From positions 256,001-320,000 of the forward strand of contig CAWFKH010000003.1 in the NCBI GenBank assembly GCA_963816355.1: DNA of 64,000 nucleotides. Direction: 5' to 3'. The notes beneath the pieces are model-generated. The model ran no database searches and was not told where the DNA came from. It was given only the letters and a program-made list of their open reading frames with translations. Position 1 is the first letter of the stretch. The number at the start of each line of letters is the position of its first letter. Positions 1 through 7,928 of the stretch are shown one piece after another. A program made the position numbers and the translations under genes. This DNA comes from an uncultured Gemmatimonadales bacterium. GTDB taxonomy: Bacteria > Gemmatimonadota > Gemmatimonadetes > Longimicrobiales > RSA9.

Positions 1-214
1 GCCGCGTGACACTCACAGGAGGCGGGGCACGAGAGGAGAACCCCCGAAAACGTTAGCAGGTACGGCGTTCCGCCCAATCCTGGTGTCTAGACTGGGGCCG
101 CTCCGGACGAATCCGAATTCTTGCCGCTCTGTTCCTCTGAACAACCGGCGTATATCAGCAGGATTCACCGTCGAAGCCGCCCCGCCTCCACTCGCTGCTT
201 GACAGGCCCTTCCA

Positions 215-365
215 TATCAACGTCTCCAGGTTGGCGACCCGCCGCGTCACGGCTTCCAGCGCGAGATCACCTTCGAAGCTACGACAGCTTCACCAGCTTC
301 CACCCGGCTCCGGCGGGTTCTCCGGAGCGGCCGCAGGCCGCGCAGGCGCCAACCGTTTGTTATCT
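215..365 (-). repeat. attC-like site 4 (left R box degenerate)
   Basis: TATCAAC...GGTTGGCG-ACCCGCCG...CGGCGGGT-TCTCCGGAGCGGCCGCAGGCCGCGCAGG-CGCCAACC-GTTT-GTTATCT: nested inverted repeats with the same architecture as the other three sites. Confidence 0.75.
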
Positions 366-658
366 GACGTTCCGGCGCGAAAATGAACAACCGGCCCGCT
401 TGAGGGAGCAATAAGAGCGTCGCACTAGTCGGCTCCAACGACTTGTCATCGGATATTTCGGCTACTCGAGCGAACCGGTTGATCTCAGGATCCCGGCTAC
501 CTACCACTCACCCTCCGGCGCGGGGCGTGGTAGACCGGGCTAGCCAAAAGGTTGGTCAATAGCACCTCCTGTTTAGGGTTGCGGCGACTCTCCGTGAGTT
601 GCCTACACTCTAATCTACGACGTTCTCTTACGGGATGTCAGTCGGTCTGAGGAATGGC

Positions 659-818
659 AGCTAACGTTCAAGAGTTCCGACGCCGGCGCTCTGTCAAGCC
701 TCATCGGGACCACTATGGTCCCGCTCCTACCCGAGTGCTCCCCGCGGCCCGAACGCCTCTCGCGCCGGTGTTCTCCGGAGCGGCCGAAGGCCGCGCAGGC
801 GGAACTCGTTTGTTAACT
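659..818 (-). repeat. attC-like site 3
   Basis: AGCTAAC...GAGTTCCG-ACGCCGGCGC...GCGCCGGTGT-TCTCCGGAGCGGCCGAAGGCCGCGCAGG-CGGAACTC-GTTT-GTTAACT. Confidence 0.85.
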
Positions 819-877
819 GACGTCGCACTCCACACTGCTTCTGAAGACACCCCTCTTCCCCTCGGTTAGCCTTTGCA

Positions 878-1513
878 TCAAGGTCGCGCTGAGCGGACGT
901 GCGGGAACAAGGACGCGGCCCTCCCAGTCAGTACCCCCAACCACGAGATGGTCTGATCGCAGAGCCAATCAGCAAAGCCGGGTTCATCAAGAATCCGTCC
1001 TACTGAATACCCCAAGCCGCCCCCCGGAGTCTCGACAAGATTCCACTCGGCTCCCATGGGATCTCCATGCACCAGATGATTGAGCTGGTCAGTAATCTGC
1101 TTCACGTCATCGCTGGCGACGTTGGGCTGGAGAGACCGGAGCATCTCGCCCAGAGAGGGGCGCTTCCGATGACGCCACCCGGCTTCCCATTCATTCAATG
1201 ACTCAGGATGATCGATGAGATACGATATGATCGCTGCTCGCTCGATCAGTGGCCTGACCAAGACCGCGGCGCCGAACAAGTACCCCTGCCGAATCATCTC
1301 GCGGATCGTCAAGGCAAGACTCACGCCCTGCGGAATCAACTGACAAGCGGCGAGTTGAAGCGGATTGAGGCCCTCCTCGTGTGTCTTGACGGCCACCTCG
1401 TGATGCAGATCCAACGCTGACGGGATGAGCTGGTCGAGAACAAAGAGGGGATGCCGCCCCAGGTATGGCTCATCGTCGGGCGTAAACACGGGCGGTGGCC
1501 GGTCCTTAGTCAC
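878..1513 (-). CDS. Cassette protein, DUF5677/HEPN-like helical protein
   Basis: 211-aa ORF filling one cassette. Motifs GY..A..L.R.L.E and LNHLVHG resemble DUF5677/HEPN-like families (recognised by eye, not searched). Confidence 0.65.
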   Translation of the reverse strand: MTKDRPPPVFTPDDEPYLGRHPLFVLDQLIPSALDLHHEVAVKTHEEGLNPLQLAACQLIPQGVSLALTIREMIRQGYLFGAAVLVRPLIERAAIISYLIDHPESLNEWEAGWRHRKRPSLGEMLRSLQPNVASDDVKQITDQLNHLVHGDPMGAEWNLVETPGGGLGYSVGRILDEPGFADWLCDQTISWLGVLTGRAASLFPHVRSARP

Positions 1514-1646
1514 AGTGCGGTCTCGTTGGAGATGGGAGTCCCGCTGCGAGTGAAGTCAATGCTGTCCAGGCAGTCCTGAACTCTCGTTTGACACTTCTGC
1601 CATAACTCGATTACGGCATCAGCTGGCACATTGTCCACGCGATGTC

Positions 1647-1806
1647 AGTTAACGATTAACAGGGTGCCGAACCGGCGCAGCCATCCGGCTCGGATACGCG
1701 AAGCTCATCCAAACTGCAAATCCTCTCGAGCGCACCTGGACGCGTCGGCCGGTTCCGCGAAGCGGCCCAGGCGCGCAGCGCCGAAGGCGGCACCCGGACG
1801 TTAGCG
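1647..1806 (-). repeat. attC-like site 2
   Basis: AGTTAAC...GGGTGCCG-AACCGGC...GCCGGTT-(side arm)-AAGG-CGGCACCC-GGAC-GTTAGCG. Confidence 0.8.
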
Positions 1807-1898
1807 GAAGTGGCCTGGTTGCCGCGCCGTTCCACTAACGCGGCGCCGTTCACGGATTGAACCCGCGGGGCTTGAGGCTGCGCGATGAACGGCGAGTT

Positions 1899-2426
1899 TC
1901 AAGGCCCTGCCAAAAGGCTGCGCAACGCCGTCCAGATCTCATCGACCAAACGGGCGGTCGGTTGACAGGAGTGCGTCTGGGCCTGAACAGCACCATACCC
2001 ACGCTGCACGGTAGTGCCGTTTATGTTTAGCCGAACAACCGTGGAATCGCCTTGCGGTCGAGCGACGATCCCGGCGTTCAGAGTTACCGGGTTCGACAAG
2101 GCATACTCGACGCCGCTGTCATACGCCTTTCCGCAGTACACGTACTCTCGGACCATGGCGCCGTGCCACGTTTCCTGAACTGTTAGTTCAGTGCCTTGTA
2201 CCACGCCCATGTCTTGGTCCGCCGTCGCGATTCCAAACCCCCACTCGCTCAGCACAGCAGTGGCTGCCGTCACAATTTCCGCGGGTGTTGCAGAAAGAGT
2301 GGCGCTCAACTGTTGAGGCTCGGCAAGGTACCCGGCTGGCGGCGGCGTCATCGCGAAGCACGCGGCAACGACTATCGTGGGTACTGCAACGGATAGGAGT
2401 GCGCGGACTCTCAAGCCCATTCTCAT
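1899..2426 (-). CDS. Cassette-encoded putative lipoprotein
   Basis: Real start probably ATG 2426 or 2420, with GGAG upstream. Basic N-terminus, hydrophobic stretch and lipobox-like VAAC. The longer predicted ORF runs through the attC site. Confidence 0.7.
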   Translation of the reverse strand: MRMGLRVRALLSVAVPTIVVAACFAMTPPPAGYLAEPQQLSATLSATPAEIVTAATAVLSEWGFGIATADQDMGVVQGTELTVQETWHGAMVREYVYCGKAYDSGVEYALSNPVTLNAGIVARPQGDSTVVRLNINGTTVQRGYGAVQAQTHSCQPTARLVDEIWTALRSLLAGP

Positions 2427-2479
2427 TTTCTCCGTGCGAAGGTTGCGTGAACTAGCGATGATGAGCTGTTGGCCATTTC

Positions 2480-2574
2480 CGATAACGTTCTCTAGGGTAC
2501 CGACGCGGCTCGCATCGCGAGCCGTGTTCTCCGGAGCGAGCGTAGCGAGCGAAGGCGGTACCCGTTTGTTATCA
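2480..2574 (-). repeat. attC-like site 1 (shortest, 95 bp)
   Basis: CGATAAC-GTTCTCTA-GGGTACCG-ACGCGGCTCGC-ATC-GCGAGCCGTGT-(TCTCCGGAG...AAGG)-CGGTACCC-GTTT-GTTATCA. The minus strand begins TAACAAAC, like known attC/VCR sites. Confidence 0.88.
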
Positions 2575-2622
2575 GCCGTTGCCCGCCCACTCGGGCCCCC
2601 ATCAACCCTCGTCATGCATTTC

Positions 2623-3423
2623 CTACGGGCTTCGCGTCCGTGGCGATACCTGTGCAAAGCTCCACCGAGGCATCTCCTCAATGTTGGAGAGGCCTCGAAT
2701 CTGATCCGGATGAACAAACGCCGGCGCTCGTTGGTTCAGAGAGATGGATAACGCCGTCTGCGTGAGCAACCCCCGGTCTTGGGTCACGAACACGTCCGAC
2801 TCAGCTCCGATTGCCTCCACGATGATCTCCAGATCCTCATTTGGGACTAGACTCTCCCTCGACAAGTCGAGCATGAGCTGGTCGGCCAACATCGGATCCG
2901 TTCTCGGCAACACGGTCAGCTCGGCCTGGATCACGTCCCAGATACGATCACAGAATCCCTGAAGGGCCACTTTCCATTCCGCAAATGCCTTGCGGACACG
3001 CGTTTCTGCGGCGGCCTGCGCATGTTCGGACGCCTGTACGAACTGACCTGCTAAGCCGGCCTCATCGGCCCAATCCACCCCGATCCATTCCTCGCAGAGG
3101 CCAAACCAGTAGAACAGGTTCTCACGCGTGGCGAGGTGGGGCACCTCACTGAGGATCCTCTCACCTTGATTCACGCCGCCCGGGTAACCCAAGGTCTCCT
3201 CCATCCAAGGCTGCCGCGGCTCGCCCAGCTTCGCGTGTTGAATGACTTCCAGCACCGACTTGAAGGCCACGGCGGGAGTCAGAGGGTACTTGCCTCCGTT
3301 GAGCATCTCAAAGTCCCGGATCGCTTCTCCGCGAAGAAGGGGTCCCATGTATCGCGACTCGAGGACGTTGGTATCCAGGACGGCCAAGGGCGGGCCAGTT
3401 GGTTCTGGACTCCTCAATACCAT
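2623..3423 (-). CDS. Cassette-encoded PIN-domain protein (putative ribonuclease)
   Basis: N-terminal VLDTNVL and C-terminal D.EII..AI....DVFVTQDRGLL match the PIN acidic motifs, with a long helical insert between them. GGAG SD precedes the ATG. Confidence 0.75.
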   Translation of the reverse strand: MVLRSPEPTGPPLAVLDTNVLESRYMGPLLRGEAIRDFEMLNGGKYPLTPAVAFKSVLEVIQHAKLGEPRQPWMEETLGYPGGVNQGERILSEVPHLATRENLFYWFGLCEEWIGVDWADEAGLAGQFVQASEHAQAAAETRVRKAFAEWKVALQGFCDRIWDVIQAELTVLPRTDPMLADQLMLDLSRESLVPNEDLEIIVEAIGAESDVFVTQDRGLLTQTALSISLNQRAPAFVHPDQIRGLSNIEEMPRWSFAQVSPRTRSP

Positions 3424-3458
3424 GTCTCCTCCGATCCATCCGTACTCATGGCAATGGC

Positions 3459-3500
3459 TGATAACTGCTTGTTTCCGCCCTTCCGTGTCGCCGAATAACC
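3459..3500 (-). other. Candidate attI-like recombination site
   Basis: Minus strand reads CGGAAAC-AAGCA-GTTATCA (L box, 5-bp spacer, R box) at the head of the first cassette. A second GTTATTC lies ~34 bp upstream, and there is no attC hairpin here. Confidence 0.5.
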
Positions 3501-3665
3501 TCCTCGCGCCAGATATCGCGAACGGCCGTTCGTATATCTGCGTCTGAATGGCGCCGCGTCAAGTGCGCTACGGCGGCGTCGCCGGCAGCTCGCAATGGAA
3601 GTCGACATGCAACAGAGATGTGCCGGAAGAAGCCCGCCACGGAAAATACAGCGCAGGCCCCGAAA

Positions 3666-3914
3666 GGCGGAGCGGCGAAAAGGTGGAGCGCGCCGGAAAG
3701 GCGGAGTGCGCCGGAAAGGTGGGGAGCGCCGCAGAAGCCGCGGAGCGCGGCGGAAACGCGGAGCGCGCCGGACAGCCCATCATCGCTCGCCGCCGCCTAC
3801 GCGCCCGGACCGGCGTCCGGCGGGCCCCGCTGGACGCCGCGCCCCGCCGCGCCCCTCCGCGCCCCTCCGCGCCCCTCCGCGTCCTCCCCTCTCCGCGCCC
3901 TCCGCGTCCTCCGC
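3666..3914. repeat. CGGAG/CTCCG short tandem repeat cluster with oppositely oriented arms
   Basis: Left arm has ~18-nt period units (GCGCCGGAAAGGCGGAGT-like). Right arm has 10-nt GCCCCTCCGC units abutting the ferritin stop. Confidence 0.65.
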
Positions 3915-4412
3915 CTACGCCGCCCCGCGCTGCCCCAGCTCGCGGTCCATGAAGATGAGGGCGGCGTCGTTGTCGCCGACGCGCTCGAGGCGGTCGACGA
4001 TGTCGCTGGCGGTCTTCTCTTCCTCGACCTGCTCGGTGATGAACCAGTGGAGGACCACCTGGGCGGGGAAGTCGCCCTCCTCGACGGCGAGGCGGTAGAG
4101 CTCGTGGATGGCGCGCGTGACCTCGCGCTCGTGCTGGAGCGCGGTCTGGAAGACCTGGAGCGGGGTGCCGAAGTCGTCCTGGGGCTGCGCGAGGGCCTGG
4201 AGGCGGACGCGGCCGCCGCGGTCGAGGACGTGCTCGAAGAGGCGCGTCGCGTGGCCCTCCTCCTCGCGGGACTGGGCGCGCATCCAGGCGGCGAAGCCGG
4301 GCAGCGCCTCGGCCTCGAAGTGGGCCGCCATCGCCAGGTAGATGTAGGCGGACTCGAATTCCATGTGGATCTGGTCGTTGAGGGCGCCGAGCATCCTGTC
4401 GGTCATGGTCAC
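3915..4412 (-). CDS. ftnA: Non-heme ferritin
   Basis: LNDQIHMEFESAYIY...EEEGHA...HE..VT..I...QVVLHWFITEQVEEE ferroxidase motifs. Start is GTG 4412 or ATG 4406. Confidence 0.92.
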   Translation of the reverse strand: MTMTDRMLGALNDQIHMEFESAYIYLAMAAHFEAEALPGFAAWMRAQSREEEGHATRLFEHVLDRGGRVRLQALAQPQDDFGTPLQVFQTALQHEREVTRAIHELYRLAVEEGDFPAQVVLHWFITEQVEEEKTASDIVDRLERVGDNDAALIFMDRELGQRGAA

Positions 4413-4491
4413 GTGCCTCTGGCTGGAGTGTCGCTTGCGCGGAAGGATCGACGCAATCGTCGATCCGGAAGGTAGGCGGGGGACCTCGCGC

Positions 4492-4570
4492 GGGGAAGGG
4501 CGGGGAAGGGCTGGAAAGGGCTGGGAAGGGCTGGAAAGGGCTGCGAACGGCTGGGAAGGGTGGGGAACGG
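4492..4570. repeat. 10-nt G-rich tandem repeat (CTGGGAAGGG-like, about 8 copies)
   Basis: Directly visible tandem units between ferritin and the upstream lipoprotein gene. Confidence 0.8.
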
Positions 4571-4619
4571 CGGTGGGGACCGGCGCGCGGGCGCGCGCCG
4601 GTCCCCGGTCCGCCGATGC

Positions 4620-5471
4620 TCAGTCCTCGTGGTGCACGCGCACGCCGTGTTCGAACTCCGCCTCGAACTCGACGGTCTGGCCGTCGAAGGCGGAGAGGTC
4701 GAGCACCTGGCCGCCGAGCTGGAAGAGCTCGCCGAAGTCGAACTCGACGGTGACGGTCTGGGCGCCGTCGCCCGCGCCGACCACGAGCGGCGGCTCGATG
4801 GGCCGCTCGATCTCGATCTCCGCCTGCAGGTAGACGGTGAAGGGGCGGGCCGCGCCGCCGTCGGCGGGCTGGAAGCTGCCCTTCAGCACGGCGCTCGCCT
4901 TCGTCGGGAACTCGGGATACGTCTGGCGGATCTGGGCGAGGATGTCGGCGAGCTGCGCGCCGTCGTTCTCGCCCTCGTCCTCCTCGAGGTTCTCGACCTT
5001 GAACTGGACGCGGTCGTAGGTGCCGGCGGCGACCTGGTCGACGGAGACGGTGAGCGGGGAGCCGTCGAGCGGCAGCGAGAGCAGGAACGGGTCCGCCTTG
5101 AAGTCGTGGCAGGCGTCGTCGTGGCCGTCGCCGCCCTCGTCGCCGCCGTGGTCGCCGCGGTCGCCGGCCGCGCCGCCGTCGCTGCCGGAGCCGACGTCGC
5201 CTTCGCACACCTGGCCGGACTGCTCGAGCTCGAGCTTCGAGACGACGAACTGGGCGTCGTCGATGGTGAGGGTGCCGTTGGAGCCGGTGAGCGCGAGCTG
5301 GGGGGTGATGGCGCCGCCGGCGGTGGCGGCGACGCGGTTCGCGGCGCTCGTGGCGCCGGTGGCGGAGAACCGGATGGCGACCTGTCCCGTGCCGCCCGGC
5401 GAGGTCGTATCGTTACAAGCGGTCACGGCCAGCGCGAGGGCGCCGGCCAGCGCGAGTACGCGTCTCTGCAT
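4620..5471 (-). CDS. Putative lipoprotein (DUF4382-like)
   Basis: MQRRVLALAGALALAVTAC lipobox, GGAG SD, and a beta-rich body with acidic loops. Confidence 0.75.
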   Translation of the reverse strand: MQRRVLALAGALALAVTACNDTTSPGGTGQVAIRFSATGATSAANRVAATAGGAITPQLALTGSNGTLTIDDAQFVVSKLELEQSGQVCEGDVGSGSDGGAAGDRGDHGGDEGGDGHDDACHDFKADPFLLSLPLDGSPLTVSVDQVAAGTYDRVQFKVENLEEDEGENDGAQLADILAQIRQTYPEFPTKASAVLKGSFQPADGGAARPFTVYLQAEIEIERPIEPPLVVGAGDGAQTVTVEFDFGELFQLGGQVLDLSAFDGQTVEFEAEFEHGVRVHHED

Positions 5472-5585
5472 GCTTCCACTCCTGTTTCTCGGGTCGGTGC
5501 CGGACCTGGACCACCGGCGCGGAGATCCCGCGTCGCCGGGAGGGCGCGCGGGGTTGTGGGGCCACGAATCGCTGCAAAGCTCGGG

Positions 5586-5668
5586 CCGGTTCCCGGCGCG
5601 CGCGGCGTCAGCGCGGTTCGCGGCGCGCGCGGCGTCAGCGCGGGTTCCGGGTACGCGCGGCGTCAGCC
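5586..5668. repeat. ~27-nt tandem repeat x3 (CGGTTCnCGGCGCGCGCGGCGTCAGCG)
   Basis: Visible tandem copies overlapping the GMC oxidoreductase stop. Confidence 0.7.
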
Positions 5669-7851
5669 GGGGCGGTGGCGCTCGACGATCGCGTCGGCCA
5701 CGACGGCGCCGGCGGCCATGATCGTCGCCTGGGGGTTGACGCCGGGGGCGGTGGGGAGCAGCGAGCCGTCGGCCACGTAGACGCCGGGGGCGCCGTGGCG
5801 CTCGCCGTCCGGCGTGCAGCCGCTGGTGCGGGGGTCGGTGCCGACGCGGCAGGTGCCGTTGACGTGGGCGGAGAAGAGGGAGAGGCGGTTGGGTGCGATG
5901 GGCAGGGCGTCGAGCGCGGCGAGGTCCGCGGCGGCGCGGATGGGCGCGGCGTCGCCGTGGAGCGGCCACACCTCCTCGGCGCCGGCGGCCAGGTGGATGC
6001 GGGCGCAGGCGCGGAGCGCGTCGCGCAGGAGGGTGCGCTCGCGCTTGCCGAGGCGGTAGCGGATGCGCACGCGGCCGCGGCGGTCGACGCGCACGGAGCC
6101 GTTCGGGCGCGCGCGGTCGGCGCCGTCGCGCACGAGCGCGATGAGCGCGGCGGTGCGCGGGAACTCGGTCATGCGGCGGCGGTGCGCATGGCCGAAGCCG
6201 GGCAGCGCGACGCTCGCGAGCCCCGGCAGGTAGGGCGGGCACTCGACCCAGAAGCCGTAGCCGTCGCGGCCGTCGTGGAACTCCGTCATCACGGCGGACT
6301 GCGGGATGCCCGCGGCGCCGTAGACGTCGCGGCCGTAGCGGCCGCCCACGGCGGTCGTGGGGTGCAGGCGCAGCCACTCGCCCACGCCGCCGCCGCCGAG
6401 GCCGGAGCGCTGCAGGATCGCGGGCGTGCCGACGGCGCCGGCGGCGAGCACGACCACGTCGCACTCGACGACGAGGCCGCCGCGCGGCGCGCCGCCCTCG
6501 CGCTCGAGGAGCGTCGCGTGCACGCGCTTGAGGCCGCCGGGCCCGGTCCGCGTCTCGACGCGCTCGACGCGCGCGTCGCAGTGCAGCCGCGCGCCGGCGG
6601 CGAGCGCGCGCGGGACGTAGGTGACGAGCGTCGACTGCTTGGCGCCGTAGCGGCAGCCGAGGCCGCACAGGCCGGCGCGCACGCAGCCGCGCGCGTCGAT
6701 GGCGGCGGGGCGCACGCGCCAGCCCAGCGCGCGGGCGCCGTCGAGCAGGATGCGGTTCTGCGCGTCGTGCGCGTCGTCGGGCACGAGGCGCGCGTGGACG
6801 TCCGCCTCGACGCGGTCGAGCGCGGCGGCGAAGGCGGCGGGGGCGAAGCGCTCGGCGCCGTGGCCGCGCGCCCACTCGTCCAGCACGGCGTCCGCCGGCC
6901 GCAGCATCAGCATCCAGTTGACGGTGGTGCCGCCGCCCACCGCGCGCCCCTGCAGCAGCGAGAAGGCGAGGTCGTCGGTGGCGCGCGCGCCGCCGTCGGC
7001 GTACAGGCGCGCGGTCATGCGCGCCTCGTCCTCGTCGAAGTCCGCCGCGGTCCAGTAGCCGCCCTCCTCGAGCAGCACGACGTCGAAGCCCGCCTCGGCG
7101 AGGCGCGCGGCGGCGACCGCGCCGCCCGCGCCGGTGCCCACCACGCAGACGCCCGCGCGCACCACGGTGGTGCGGCCGGCGGGCAGCGCGCCGGCGGGGA
7201 CCACGCCGGCCGGCACCGCGCGCGGCTCGCCCGGCGGCGGGGCGCGCTCGAGGCCGCGCGCGACGGGGCCGGCCGGCTCGCCCCGCGCGAGCCGTGGCCG
7301 GCGGGCTCCGCCCCGCCCGCGACGTGGCCGGCCCGCTCCGCCCCGCGCGAGCCGTGGCCGGCGGGCTCCGCCCCGCGCGCGCCGTGGCCGGCGAGCTCCG
7401 CCGCGCGCGCGACCGGCTCGTCGTCGCGGGTCGTGCCGGGCAGCGCGCCCTCCCAGGGGTAGGCGGGCGCGCGCCGGTGGAAGGGGCCGAGGAAGCCGAT
7501 CGCGGCGGCCGCCTCGGGGCGCGTGTACCAGGTGGCGAGGACGAGGCGGCGGATCGCCTGGAAGACGGTCCGGCGGAGCGGGATGCGGCTGCGCTCCCAG
7601 GCGCGCAGGCGGCGTTCGCGGGCGGGCGCGTCGAGCGCGGCGAAGCGGGCGAGGCTCGCGTGGCAGAGGAGGCGGGAGAGCGGGTGGTCGAAGACGCGCA
7701 GCGCGAGGCGGGCGCCGGCGCGGGAGGCGGGCGGCAGCGCGGCGACGCGGGCGGCGACGTCGTCGGCGAGGCGGGCGGCGGCCTTTTCGGTCTCGAGGAA
7801 GGGCAGCAGCGCGAGGCAGAGGGCGTCGAGAAGTGAACGAGGTACTTGCAT
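5663..7851 (-). pseudogene. GMC-family oxidoreductase (long-chain alcohol oxidase-like), split by a 1-nt frameshift near 7279 (real lesion or sequencing indel)
   Basis: The N-terminal frame (MQVPRSLL...) and C-terminal frame (GTGAGG FAD motif, GGGTTVN, SAH..GTCR, ADGS..PT..GVNPQATIM) join if one C is restored in the last 30-nt repeat unit (GGCTCGCCCC vs GGCTCCGCCCC). Confidence 0.85.
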
Positions 7852-7928
7852 TATTGGCTGGCGCAGTCCATGCATCCGTGTCTGCGGCCAGTCATTGAAT
7901 CTGACACTCTCCACGCGGAGGATGAGAC

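Larger units (their letters stand above)
215..3500 (-). mobile_element. Integron-type gene cassette array without an integrase in the window (CALIN-like)
   Basis: Four related attC-like hairpins alternate with single co-oriented minus-strand ORFs. Each cassette's two ends are near-complementary over 15-16 bp. The region is lower in GC than the rest of the window and probably continues left of position 1. Confidence 0.85.

Noticed and set aside
1..220. Possible further attC end (GTTAGCAG at 52-59) defining a fifth, ~170-bp cassette
   Set aside because: It fits GTTA-n-C-n-G, but the partner arm would be outside the window and complementarity to the 207-221 end is poor, so it cannot be supported.
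1899..2717. Full 272-aa ORF as given in the ORF track
   Set aside because: The upstream part crosses an attC site and overlaps the PIN gene. The signal peptide and SD indicate a start at 2426/2420.
3548..4475. Plus-strand ORFs beside the attI-like site as a possible integrase
   Set aside because: They lack tyrosine-recombinase R-H-R-H-Y motifs and are repeat translations or antisense shadows of ferritin.
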